NCBI GenBank assembly: GCA_040954595.2
Contig: CM082583.2
Location: forward strand, 8,542,254 to 8,606,253
Length of the DNA: 64,000 nucleotides
Direction of reading: 5' to 3'
Origin: Balanoglossus misakiensis
Lineage: Eukaryota > Animalia > Hemichordata
Shown here in pieces: positions 12,256 through 28,600 of this stretch. The stretch's first letter is position 1. Every line of letters begins with the position of its first letter. The notes beneath the pieces are model-generated. The model was given only the letters and a program-made list of their open reading frames with translations. It did no database searches and was not told the DNA's origin. The position numbers were made by a program, and so were the translations under genes.

Positions 12256-15200
12256 TTACATTTGTTGCACAAGGTTCGAAATGAGGAATTCGTGGAGGTC
12301 AAAGTTCCTGTCAAATTTCATCGAGGCTTTGGAGTCCTTCGGCAACACGAATAGTCCTGGTTGGTCGTCCGGGTATAACGGCTTTATATCATCGCTCACC
12401 CAAGTCTTCCCACTCAGCAGGTCTGGAAAAAAAATAACATAAAATAAATGTTGGCATACACACCACCACCACAAAATGCCAATATGGCGACAACAACTTG
12501 GCATACTTACGATTTACAGTTGGCAAAAAGATCTTGGTCATCTTTCAAGTTTTTATACATCCTCGCTTTCAAGCTCAACAACTCCTTATTCGTCCTGCTG
12601 ATCGTCCAGGGCAAAAGTTTAGCATCCACAAAGTTGTCACCGCTTGGAATGGTTGGAAACTCGACGTTAGGGGGCGTAGACAGCTCCTCCAGTGCCGCAT
12701 TTACATCTTCCAAGACATTCTCGGGGATGTCGTAAGGATGATTGTTCTCCAGGTATGTTGCCACCGAGAAACATGTCTGGATACTTGCGTCTCGCTTTTG
12801 CATTTTTCTCAGCTCGTTATACCTGCCCGCAAAGTACATAAGTTACTGATGAAAACATGTTTTGATAAACACAAGTCTGATTCAGATGTAGAGTTGGCTT
12901 GCGATCTTTATACATAACCTAGTACTTTGCTGTACAACCAACAACAGGACAGCAAAGAACCAGCAAAAGTAAAGACAATATGCATAACGGGAGCATTTTA
13001 TATTCCATATCCCTAGTTCACAGATAAAGTTAAGAGCCCGTAAGTGATAGAAAGACCCAATTTCACTCACCACTGCACTAGGCGTTGTTCCGATCGCTTT
13101 CCGCCTCCGTCGTTGCCAGCTTCATCCTCGACATATATTAAAAGGTCGCGATCCCATGCAGTGAGGAACGTTTTCACGGCTCCCTGGAGTCGCTCCGATG
13201 ATACTGAAACACTGCGTTTCCCACTACGAATCTGTTTCACCGCTACTCTCAGCTCTGCTTCCTCGCTGGGACTCAAGTTTTCGGACTGAGTAGTGCTGCA
13301 CACGGCCGCTTCCATCGAGTCCCTCAGCGCTGAGCAGTCGTGATCTCCCAGGGCCTTGTGTAACTGATTGGCAAGTTCATCATCGGCGTTCACCGAGACC
13401 GTTTTCTTCAGGTGTCCGAGGATGTTCTTCGCCGCGGCTTTCACGCGCTCCGACGTCACCGTTCTCCGGTTGCCGCTCAGGATCGCCTTGGCCGCCTTCG
13501 CAAGGTCCCCCTCCTCGTCACCGTTCAACTTTGCCAATTCCAGGATCTTGCAAACGAGAGCTTCCGTGGCATCCGAGAGCAAGGAGCAGTCTTCACTTCC
13601 CACCACGGTGGCGCTCCCCGTGAGCCGTCGTCGAAGAGGTTCGCCGAAAGAGGTTTTCTTGCCCAACATTGATGGCTCGACGTCCCTCTTAGCTCTTTCT
13701 CCCGCTTGCTCAGACTCGTAACAGTAAACACGGTCCAGTATTTCTCTGGTAACATTGATGTAACTTATCAGCTCTTCTGGAATGCGTAGAACTGTGGAGT
13801 CTGCAAGATATGCCAACATTATATTTGATCACTATTAACCGTTAATTGCAGGGTACTTTAGTGTTTGGTCTATGTATCAAATGCAGTTTTTGTTGGATGT
13901 GATTGAAATTCATCTCCTCCACGTATAATAGCTGAACTTTTTCGTAACAATATTGATAATTTGCTTTTTAAATCAAACTACGTGAGCATTTCTGGTTCGT
14001 GGTCTTCTACCATTGCCAACGTGGCAATTTTTTTAAATGAAAAAAAAAACATGCAACCAACAACAAAGTCAAGACACGAAAAGTGCGGACACGTTATCAC
14101 GACCAGAAGAACGCCAACGACCTTCGTAATTCTGCGGGATCTCCAGTTGACCTTGTAAATCCTCCAGTGATGGTGCTGGTGGCGATGGTAACAAGACTTC
14201 GTCAGCGTCTAACCTCTCCAAAGATTTCACCTCCAGAGGTCGCAGATCGCCTTCCATTTTTAAACATCGTCTCGTAGCCGTCAACGTGCGCATGTCTGAA
14301 AGATAAACTTGGAAGATTATTTGACAATATCGGACACACCCGACGTCGGCTGTATATTAGTATCATCAACAATGCAAGTAGAGTGGAAAACATTGGGAAT
14401 ATGCCAACTGTACTCCAGTAACATTGTTGTTTAGATCGTAGTATATAACTATATGTAACACTCGTCATCTCCAATTAAATTCAACCTTTGCAACCTTGTG
14501 ACACGATTGGCCTCCGAAACTTGGAAAGTATTCTAGTACTACATGAATAAAAAATCAAAATCAAAAAGCACAAGATAGACTGTTTCAGCATAAATAGACA
14601 GAGTCTATTTGGTATGGGTATGTCCTGGTAACATTCAAACACCGAGAGTCGATGCATCTCTTGGAGTTATCTACTCCATTTCAAAAATATTCATTAACGT
14701 TCATCTCAATATGCTCTTCTAGTGCGCCACATATCTATGGTGTAAGTAATAATGCTGGGGCAATTTGCAATGGTACAAACAGCTAGATACAGTGAAAATG
14801 CATATTATTAGGGTTCGTAGTACTCACCTATGAGCAATAGATACTGAATGTTCTCAATCCAAGTCAGACAATTCGGGATTCTGTTGAAGCATCGCTTCCA
14901 AGAGAGCAGCTTTGGTTTTTCCTTGGATTTCATCATTGATATCTAGATAACGAATATTTAAATAATAAAGCATAAAGCATGGCCAGGTTAGGGTGTGGTT
15001 GTCCCAAATGCTGGGACTGTCTTTGTTTCTACTCAAAAGTTGACGAGAAATCTCACCTTGCGCGCAAATTTGCTGCTTTTCTGCAACATTGCTCTCAGCT
15101 CAACGCCGTCTACGCTCGGCACACTTGCGAGCAACCTCAGGGTGTCCCGAATGGTATCGAGTTGTTCGTCGATTTCTTCCACCCACGTGTCGAATCCAGA

Positions 15201-15389
15201 GGTGATTGTTTCGTTGTAGCGCAGGTATATCGTGTGGTTCAGACTTTGCAGGACTGTGTGAATGGCGTTTATCCCCGAGAAGGAGCCAGTCAGTTTGTCG
15301 AGCAGCGCATCGGTGTTGGGCGAGCTCTGCTGTTGGCCGTTCACCGCGAAAACCGACAGAACCACGAAGGCGAACGGGACGGACAACAT
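12256..15389 (-). CDS. Uncharacterised secreted protein (~570-615 aa), prohormone/granin-like, 6 predicted exons
   Basis: Signal peptide MLSVPFAFVVLSVFAVNG|QQQ. Exons 15389-15057, 14942-14828, 14295-~14101 (donor uncertain), 13800-13071, 12822-~12515 and 12422-12256, with compatible phases at the well-defined junctions (e.g. ..VQ TG|G YNEL). Contains many dibasic sites. Minus-strand AATAAA at ~12005-12010. Confidence 0.65.
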
Positions 15390-15514
15390 GACGGAGGGGA
15401 AAAACGATGTTCACGGAGTCGAAATCAACCCCACAGTACTGTATCTAAGTATGAAAACGGAAAGTGTGAAGAGCGAGCTCGAATTATTCAAGTGATCCAA
15501 AATGCAGACCGTAG

Positions 15515-15642
15515 TTTGCATATTAACCGCCTATATCTAGCCAATCCCACGGCGACATGTATGCGACATTTTGCATATTAACCTCCCATATCAAGCCAAT
15601 CATATTGCGAAACGTATGTGCATCTCACTGGCCGTGGCCAAT
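15515..15642. promoter_or_regulatory. Promoter of the secreted-protein gene with a duplicated octamer-like + CCAAT module
   Basis: TTTGCATATTAACC(g/t)CC(t/c)ATATC(t/a)AGCCAATC occurs at 15515-15546 and 15570-15601 (29/32 identical). A third CCAAT lies at 15638-15642. The region is 125-250 bp upstream of the ATG. Confidence 0.55.
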
Positions 15643-17560
15643 AATTTGAAAAAAGCGTTTTCAGAAATAGGGTAGGAAATATTTTATTTTATAATTTTTT
15701 ACCAGACTTCGCAGGATGTTGTTCCAAGAAGAGAAAGAAGTTTAGGGTCGGGTGTTTGAACGTGGCCAGGTACTACGGCGCTACCTGATTTTGCAACGTC
15801 TGGCGATCTTTGGCCATTCAGGTCATGTGACTGACATAGAGATCAGTGGACATAGAGATCACAAATTATTGGGAATCAGTCCCTCCCCAGTGACCATGCA
15901 AGAATGTTGATCACTAAAGACACCCCCCCCCCCCACACACACACACATATACACAGCAGTTGTGAATAACTGGAAGTGCGTCAAATTAACAAAACTGGTG
16001 GCAGAGATCAATAACTGCTAGGACAATAGAGAAGTTCCTCAGACTGCTTCAAAGGGCACATCGCATATGGCACTCACTGATTAGGTGTCAGCTTGCAGTG
16101 GACACAGAAATGACTCGCACACAGATTTTACAACAAAACATTATGAAACATTTATTCACTCTGCCTCATCCTGGTACAAAGAACAATGACGGAACAATGA
16201 TGGCTTGTTGGACCAATCTAAAAACTGGGTTGATTTCTCTGTCTGTTCTGGCGTCTGTCCCATTGTTTCTAACAGAGGTGAATTGGTCACATTTATGAAT
16301 TCTCTACATTGACTCAGGATCTGGTAAACGCAGCAACATGAAAATCTGGGTATTCTGATGGAGTACGGATGTGTGACAGGGCCACATTTTAATGACTTCA
16401 CAAAACGGATCAGCTAATGCATACACATCTGCCCCACAAAAGAACAACTTCTGAGCATACATAAAAATAAATAATTGTAAATGTTTTGTATTGGACCAAC
16501 ACATGCAAAGTTTACTAGTTTTTTCCCCCTAAAATCTGCATCTTTTTCTTTGTATTTGTTTTGTTTTGGATTTCAAGTGGCTCTCTAATGACTAGTCACA
16601 GATGCTGAGCACTGCTCTGCATTCAACGGTCAGTGTCGCTAATTCAAGAGATCTGCCACCAAGCGACCACAACATTGTGACTCTAAGATTAACCAAAACA
16701 CCAACTAATTCGGGACGATTTTTTTTTCATTTCACAAAAAATATTAACATCAGAGGTTTGAATATCATAAAATTCTCTTCCACACTGAACATTTGATGGT
16801 CAAATACACCAACAAAAATACCTTGCATCACAAATGTTCCACCTCTATTATCTATAGCATGCTTGAACAGTACATGAATTAATCTACAAGAAAAGATTCA
16901 TCCTCTGCACACAATGATATAAATTGTCTCTGACCTAAAAATTACAATGTTTACTCCCTCCAAGGTGTCAATATAGATCTGTTTTATAATACAGTATACT
17001 AGAAATGTTACATGCATCTTTGAAATTTGCAATAATCGAGGCACAAATTATCTGTAAAGTTTTAAAAGTCGGTGTCCTGAAGTGGCACTCAGAGAAAGGT
17101 TAATATATTTGTTAAAGGCATTGAGTCAATCAGAAATCAAAATTTACATTTCATCTGTAGGAAAGTAAAATGAAGAGTGCCTTGCACTATCAATTGTATG
17201 TTACAGCATAAATTTTCAATCACATTTCAATCAAAGTATGTCTGCAAGATAATCCGCCCTAGTAAATCGAGTTCATTGGACATGTGTATCACATACCTAC
17301 ATTGTACACTGATAGTGTTCACTCAGAAATGATCCTGGCTTTTTTTTTGGGGGGGGGGGGGGGGGGGTAGGTTTCAAGAGAAGAGTATGAAAGGGACACA
17401 CGTCACCAAATTTAGATTTTGCATTGTTTTTGTTTTAATCAAGACCCCCCTGAAAATGTCAGTATAAACTTTGAACTTGCAGTGCAATATTTAACTTCAG
17501 GAAAGATTCTGATGTTTGGTCTTCGTTCGTTGACTTGGGACAGACTGCACACATCCTTGC

Positions 17561-20419
17561 CTAGGCTTTGTAACCACTTGAATCCAAATTGATGTAGGGA
17601 ACTTCTTTCCGTGTGCATATCAAGACACAGGCAAACACCATTCCCAAAATCTGAAAACAAGTAATAATAAAGTACATGGGATTATATTCACCTGAAAAAT
17701 GCCATTAACAGGCAAGTAGATAGCAAATTTAGGGCAAGTGATTATTCATTTGAACAACTATTTATAAACTCACCATGATAACTGCAAATGCTGCTCCCGC
17801 GATTATAATGTACATGAGATTTCCTTGCATGGTGTGTGTTAATTTCGAGTAACAACCCTGAATAAACAAAAAAATATATAGATTACTTCAATCATTCGAT
17901 CACTCCAACAAGCCATCTAAAATTGCAATCCCAATGTTGGCAATTCATTACCACTGTGGAGATATGCAATGAAATCCAACTTACCTCTGTGTACAGTTTG
18001 TAAGGTTCTGATATTTCTCCTGTACAGTTGTCGATGTTTTTCTTGCAGCAACTCTCCGGAACTTTTCCACTGTTGTTCTTACCCCATGGCGTGCTAGTCC
18101 AGTCAGTGTAGTTGTCAACGCCACAGCATTGCAACTGAAACACAGAGATCAGCGAGAAAATTATTACACACACAAGCGAAAACCATTGGTAAGGTACATG
18201 TAACTTACAATATACAACTGACTCTACATTTATGGGGGAGTTTGATATTAGTGGCATTATTAAGGGAGGGGAGGGGAGGGGAGGGACAGAGGGGAGGGCT
18301 GTGAATACTCACGTTCTCTTGCATCTCATCAACTGGTTCCTCGTACTCGATATCTGGGTATCCGTTAATAGCTGTTTCCATACCTTTGTGAATACCAGTC
18401 TTGATCTGAATCACAAAAACAGTAATTCCATTATTCAAAGCTAAATATAAAAGTCAATGTCAGATACACGTCCCTGCTAGCTATTCAGATTGAACAAACC
18501 CAGTCAACTAGTGTCTTCCAAGTGGTTCTGAAAATGTTTTCAAACACAGCTCTATCACGTACCTGGTCTTTGTACACACATCCAAGGATGGCTGCTGTTA
18601 TTTCCAACAACAGAATCAACAGGATGAGCGAGAAAAACTGAAACAAACACAGAATGAAGGCGTTAGTTTCACAAACATATTTAGGCTTGCAGACAATCAG
18701 GGCTGGACAGTGAACGATTATTTAGCATTCTTTCTACGCAGCTGCATGTCATTTCACGTCATGTATGTTCAATTTAACATTTGCAGGAAGTCATAATTCC
18801 AGACTGACAACAACAAGACAACTTGACAAAAGCACAGTGCCAACCATTCGCAGTTTTTTGTTTTAATACTCACTGTTCCCAGCAGGCATTTGCTTTCTTT
18901 GCAGGCACCACAACAACCAATGACACCAGTGATGAACATGAACACGGCTGCTCCCAACAGGATACTTGCTGGTATCAGCGTGAAGTAATCCTCATCGATG
19001 TGATCATAGTCATTGTACGTTTTGATCATTGCCACACTCACATAGGTCAGGCCTGCAGCTGCCAGCTGTGAGAAAGAATCACAAATATGCATTTTAAAGA
19101 CTTTTTAGACTACACTCTTGCTTATATATAATGCTGTGCAATGTTATGTTAATTTTACCTCCTGTTAGTGAACACAGAAACATATACTGGTAAAACATTG
19201 GTATGTTCCTGGTGAATCTTTAATCTTTGTAAGATCACTGATTTGAAGCACAATGGACAGTGCCATTACATCATCACATACCACAAGATTCGAATCAGTC
19301 TGAAGTCAAATTCAGGGGAAAATCTTGCCAATTCTTGCAGAAGTGAATACTCATTGTATGGTAACACAAACGTGTGTGAGTCATGTCACATTGGGCTGAG
19401 CCTGAGTATCACATGTGCTGGTGATAATTGGTGACTCATACATCAAATAAAGTTGGTATTTTGTTGACTTAGAAGCCTGTGATGTATGTAATTCTGATCG
19501 ATCCTTTTCATGTGATGTTGACAAGGTTGGATGAAGCAAACCTTAAAGGTATACAGTCACCTCCAATTTACATATCGCCATATATAGTTGAAATGGCGTA
19601 TTTGAGTGTTCTAAAGAACGCTTTATTTTCGCGTGTGCCACCCACTGAAATTCTGTGATTGGTTAGATCTCGATTTACCATGGTAACTGTGGCTAAATTT
19701 GTATAGGTGACCGTATACCTTTAACTTGTCAACTGATGCCTCGGCTGTTTACTTGTATTTCTATTTGTCAAGTCAGGAGTGTCAATGTCATCATCAATGA
19801 CGCGTCCATGGTGAAATAGTCTATGTGCTTGACCAACTTTTCAATGCTATAATAAGTGCAATGAGCATAGTAGGAAGTATATATTTAAAAAAATATTCTC
19901 GTATTTCCGCATTAAGGATGGGTGAAATTAACAAACATGCCAAACAATGCCAATGTTGTTAACTGAACAGAGACATAGCAGCTACATACAAAGCTGTAAT
20001 GCTTGGCAAACAAAACATTTGAGCCCGAGATAGTCGACAGTTACATGTTAATTGGTTGTATTTAAAGTGACAAATACATTACACACTTATGTAACGTGTC
20101 AGTGTCTGTCTTTGCTTGCAAAAAATGAGTGCGAACACCCGGTGCTTTGACAACAGCCAGCTCGAGCAGCAGAAACCCGTTTTAGTTTTGCATCTCAAAC
20201 TTTGGATGCTCACAGTCACTGTGTGGAGTGACTGTAGGATACTCTAAGCTGAAAGTGATGTTATTACAGCAATACCACTGTGCTGTGTGCACGTACTACA
20301 GCTCAATGACACCCTTGGGTACACGTCAAACTGTTGATGTCGTCAGACGGTCGACTTACCCAAAACAAAATCCCAAGGAAGAACATCACACATTTTGCTG
20401 TTACTGAACAAGTGCCCAT
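17561..20419 (-). CDS. TSPAN3: Tetraspanin-3-like, 247 aa, 7 exons
   Basis: Exons 20419-20360, 19065-18874, 18637-18563, 18405-18313, 18134-17985, 17857-17774, 17650-17561. Four TM helices, GCCGA motif, CCG and PxSCC in the large loop, TSPAN3-like KTYNDYDH..FTLIPA, and C-terminal YINL (YxxPhi) lysosomal motif. Minus-strand AATAAA at 16151-16156. Confidence 0.9.
19547..19720. mobile_element. Non-autonomous TIR element (MITE), Kolobok-type, in TSPAN3 intron 1
   Basis: TIRs AGGTATACAGTCACCT (19547-19562) and AGGTGACCGTATACCT (19705-19720) match 15/16. TTAA flanks both sides (19543-19546, 19721-19724). AG..CT termini with a TTAA TSD are typical of Kolobok. Confidence 0.8.
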
Positions 20420-20747
20420 CTCTGTGTATGTTGCCTTAGCCTTCGATGAGATGAATTGCAGGGCGTGGGTTTGGTAAACGAAGAAGTTTCACTGCTAACA
20501 ATCAGAAGTCCGTGAGCAACTACGCATCAGCCAGCGGGATAAACTCGAGTCTGACGGGGATATAAGTTGAACTGCGGTCAAATATAGCGGTCACCCGCCG
20601 CTCATGTGACTATGACGACATCGGCCATGTACATTTCCCATCGTGCTCTACGTCATTCGACGGGGTTTCCTAACCTGTCCCCTTGACCGCCATCTTGTCA
20701 GTCCGAATGTGCATGTAGGCTGGTCGTGGCCTCAAAAGTTTACGAAA
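20420..20747. promoter_or_regulatory. Bidirectional promoter/5' UTRs shared by TSPAN3 and ATP5F1A
   Basis: Only 328 bp separate the two divergent ATGs. CpG-rich, with E-box TCATGTGAC (20602-20610) and YY1-type CCGCCATCTT (20687-20696). Confidence 0.75.
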
Positions 20748-24962
<4,215 letters not shown>

Positions 24963-25626
24963 GAGAAAAAAAAATGAAATCTTGTTTGTAATGTATTAAA
25001 AGCAAGAGGGCCACCAACCCCCCCTGAGTATTTGCAGAGTTTTGTGGGAATGGGACATTTTTATGTCACTCTGAGCTTGGAATTTATGATGTTAGAGTGT
25101 TTACTGTGTGTTTAAAATGCTTGTGTAAAAAAAACTAACAAGAATGAACTCCACCTATGGATGACAGAGGACATGACCAACTTTGTCTACAGATATATTG
25201 TAAAGTTAGTTTTTGAATTTTTGGCAGGAACAATAAATATACCCTGTAAATTTAATGTGTGCATTTGGGGATTTTATTATTCTGTGTGTGTGAGCGAGTG
25301 AGATATTTCAATTCAAAAGATCACATGTACATTAGATGAAACAAAGCTTGGTGACCAGCCAGTACTGCATACTGGCAATACCCCTTTCAGGTCCCATAAT
25401 TTTTGCCAATAATAATATCCGCATTTGACATAATGGAGTGCCTGCTGTGATACTAACATGACAAGAAACCCAGAACTGGTCTGGTACCAAAATGAACTTT
25501 GACCGAGCATAAATTAGTCCAAGGAAGAAATGAGTTCATTGAACTTTGGACTTTGCTCGGCTGGTGTCAGTATGACCATTCTGATTACCCTTGGAGTGAG
25601 CAGTAGAACCCAGATGTCCAGTGACC

Positions 25627-28600
25627 ATGTCGGCAGCTGAATCTACCCAGGGGAGGGAAGCCAGCAAAGCAAGCATTGCAGGTATCCCTGACCATGGCTG
25701 GCAAGTGCAACTTGACCATGAAGTCCAGGAGAAACGAGGACCTATACGGATGCTTCGCTTGCAACAAATCGCGAAATTGACTCCAATGTTTGTCAGGTAT
25801 GTAGGAAAATGTATGTTCATTGTAACTAGTCTGGAATTCTCAATTCTTCTGTCTTGGTATGAAAGGAATAAAACTGAAATTTTATTTTTCAATTTTTCCA
25901 AATCGTTGACTTTCTGTCACAGGATGTTTTGGACATACATGAAACTCAAACGACAAGGCAAGAAGCCACCAATCGACGCCATGAATCCTCTGGAATGGAA
26001 ACCCATCTATGGTGAGTTGTGGAGAAATATTTCCATGCAGTAAGCAGGGCTACTCAAGGCAATAGTATTAACAGTAACATTTTATAAAATTTGTAATCTG
26101 CCTTGGTCAAGGGAAGAATTTTGAAAAAATAAATGATAAGCATATGTCAATATATAACCACTTTTCAGGTGTTCCAGTTGGAGGGATTGGATGTGGTTGC
26201 ATTAATCGTGGATGGAGGGGGGACTTCTGTCGTTGGTCGCTGACACCTGGCATGTACACTTATGATATTGTAGCAGCCAATCAGGTGAGACTTCCTTTGT
26301 TCATGTGGTATAATGATTGCACATTTTAGTGTGTTCAAATTGAATTTACTTTAGGGATAACAACCTCACTAAAATCAGCAATATAAGAAATATAGTACCG
26401 GTATGTAATATAAACTTTTCCCTTCTTGTTATGAACAGTTTTCCGTGTGCATCCAAAAGAATGGCAAAACTACATATGCGCAAGTACTGTCACCGTCCAA
26501 ACCTAAAGTGTTACGAAACTGGAACTGGGGTTACCCTGGCGACCGTGCAAAGTATCATGCGTTGTACCCCAGAGCCTGGACAGTGTATGAACTTCCTGGT
26601 CAAAATGTAACACTTGTATGCAAACAGATCTCGCCAATATTCCCTCATGATTATAAAGTAAGTATGTTTATGCAATTTTCTGACTTCTTGAAGGAGTTTT
26701 CTTGCTTTTCATCATGAAGCGCTCGATCATTACACATTAACTTTACAGGATACGAGTCTTCCAGTTGGTGTTTTCATCTGGGAAGTCCACAACAACAATG
26801 ATGAGGACATCGATGTCAGCATAATGATGACATGGCAGAACGGTACCGGAGAACGCACGGATAAATCCGGCAACAGGTGGAATCAGTCGTTTTCATGCGA
26901 CGGCAATAACCCAACAGAATGTCAAGTTCAAGGCATGCTGCTGCACAATGCTCACCCCCACATGAAATGCACAATGGCCATATCTGCTGCTTGCAAGGTA
27001 CGTTTGGTCTTGTTGTAGGTTTGCAAGCAACAATTTAGAATTAAAGTTACTATAAGAAGGGTTTTTAACAGCTTAAAAACAATAAAAAAAGCTTTCTAAT
27101 GTTTTCCATTTCTGTTCAAAGTAGGATGGTATAAAAATAAGCTATAAAACAGACTTCGACCCTTATGGTGATGGCAGAGAATTATGGGAAGACCTAACCT
27201 TGGATGGTGAACTTAACTCTACAGAAGGTTAGAATATTTTCTTCTTTTCAAAATAGAGAGATGAGAGACAGTAGTTGTTATACCAAATCACTGAATTCTT
27301 TCTGTTGATGAGAGCACAGATTTTTGAATTGATTTGGTTTATAATCTCGTCCACTTGTAGGTCCAAGTCAAAAAACCAGGAAAGGCTGTGCCACAGCAGC
27401 GGCAGTGGTGGCAAAGTGTCACATCCGTGGCGGAGAGAAAACAGATGACATGGCATTCTGCCTTGCCTGGGATATGCCGGTCATACAATTTAGAAGCAAA
27501 GGAAAATCCTATTCCAGGTATTTGAGAATATTTCTTTTTACAGGGATGAGTTATTGGCTGACCATTAACGTTTGAAAATTTATGTTAGTCGCTCTAGAAG
27601 TTTCCCACCTTCTGTTTTTGCTAATAAACAATGTTGCCCCCAAACAGGAGATACTCGCGTTGGTTTGGAAATGAAGGGAATGCAGCGCCCTCGTTGTCTA
27701 GTTATGCTTTAAATCAGTATCAAGACTGGGAGAGAAAAATTGACGAATGGCAAAACCCAATATTACAGTGCAAGTGAGTGAAATTTGGGAATTTGAGAAT
27801 TTATCTTAGAAATCATTGTTCGAGTTCCACTGACTTTGAATGTAATCAATTATAATACAAGAAAGACCAGATTTAATAGAGATTTTCCTGAATGTTAATT
27901 TTCACAGCTCACTGCCTGATTGGTACAAATCAGCTTTGTTCAATGAGTTGTACTATATCTCTGATGGGGGCACTGTGTGGGTTGAAGCCCCTGATGAAAC
28001 AAACGCCATCATGAATTCCAAAGAGCCAACACCCGCGGTTGTCAAGGAGTACGGCAGATTTGCATACTTAGAAGGTTAGTATATGGTGATTTTCTGTCAG
28101 CTGTGCGAATGGATCATCTGAATGGAATACATTTAGTGTTGATTTAGATATTAGATGCTGTCATCATCTGATCACTACGATATTAATTTTATTGATTTTG
28201 AAGGTCATGAATACAGACTATTCAATACATATGATGTCCATTTCTATGCATCCTTTGCTCTGGTTATGTTGTGGCCGCAGTTACAACTCAGTTTACAGTA
28301 TGACATAGGTAAGGAAAATTAGAGAGAGAGAGTTTACAATCTGCAGGTCTTATAAAAGAAAATTTGAAGGAAAGAGCATCCAAAATTGTGCCATTTGAAA
28401 ATATTGATGTGTAACATTAACTGGGACTTTGTACTCTTGGTTGTTTCCTTGAATAGCATCCACAATTCCACAGGAAGACACAGAAACTAGGACCGAGTCA
28501 GCTAATGGGAAAACAATGATCCGCAAGACGGCCAATTCTGTTCCTCATGACGTTGGTGATCCCGGTACGCATTCCTCAGTCTACTTGAAATTACCAGTGT

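Noticed and set aside
14860-14900. KR-CFNRIPNC as a somatostatin/allatostatin-C-like peptide
   Set aside because: The C-x6-C spacing fits, but no cleavage site or stop follows and similarity is otherwise weak.
14979-15581. 200-aa plus-strand ORF
   Set aside because: It is the antisense shadow of the signal-peptide exon and promoter on the minus strand.
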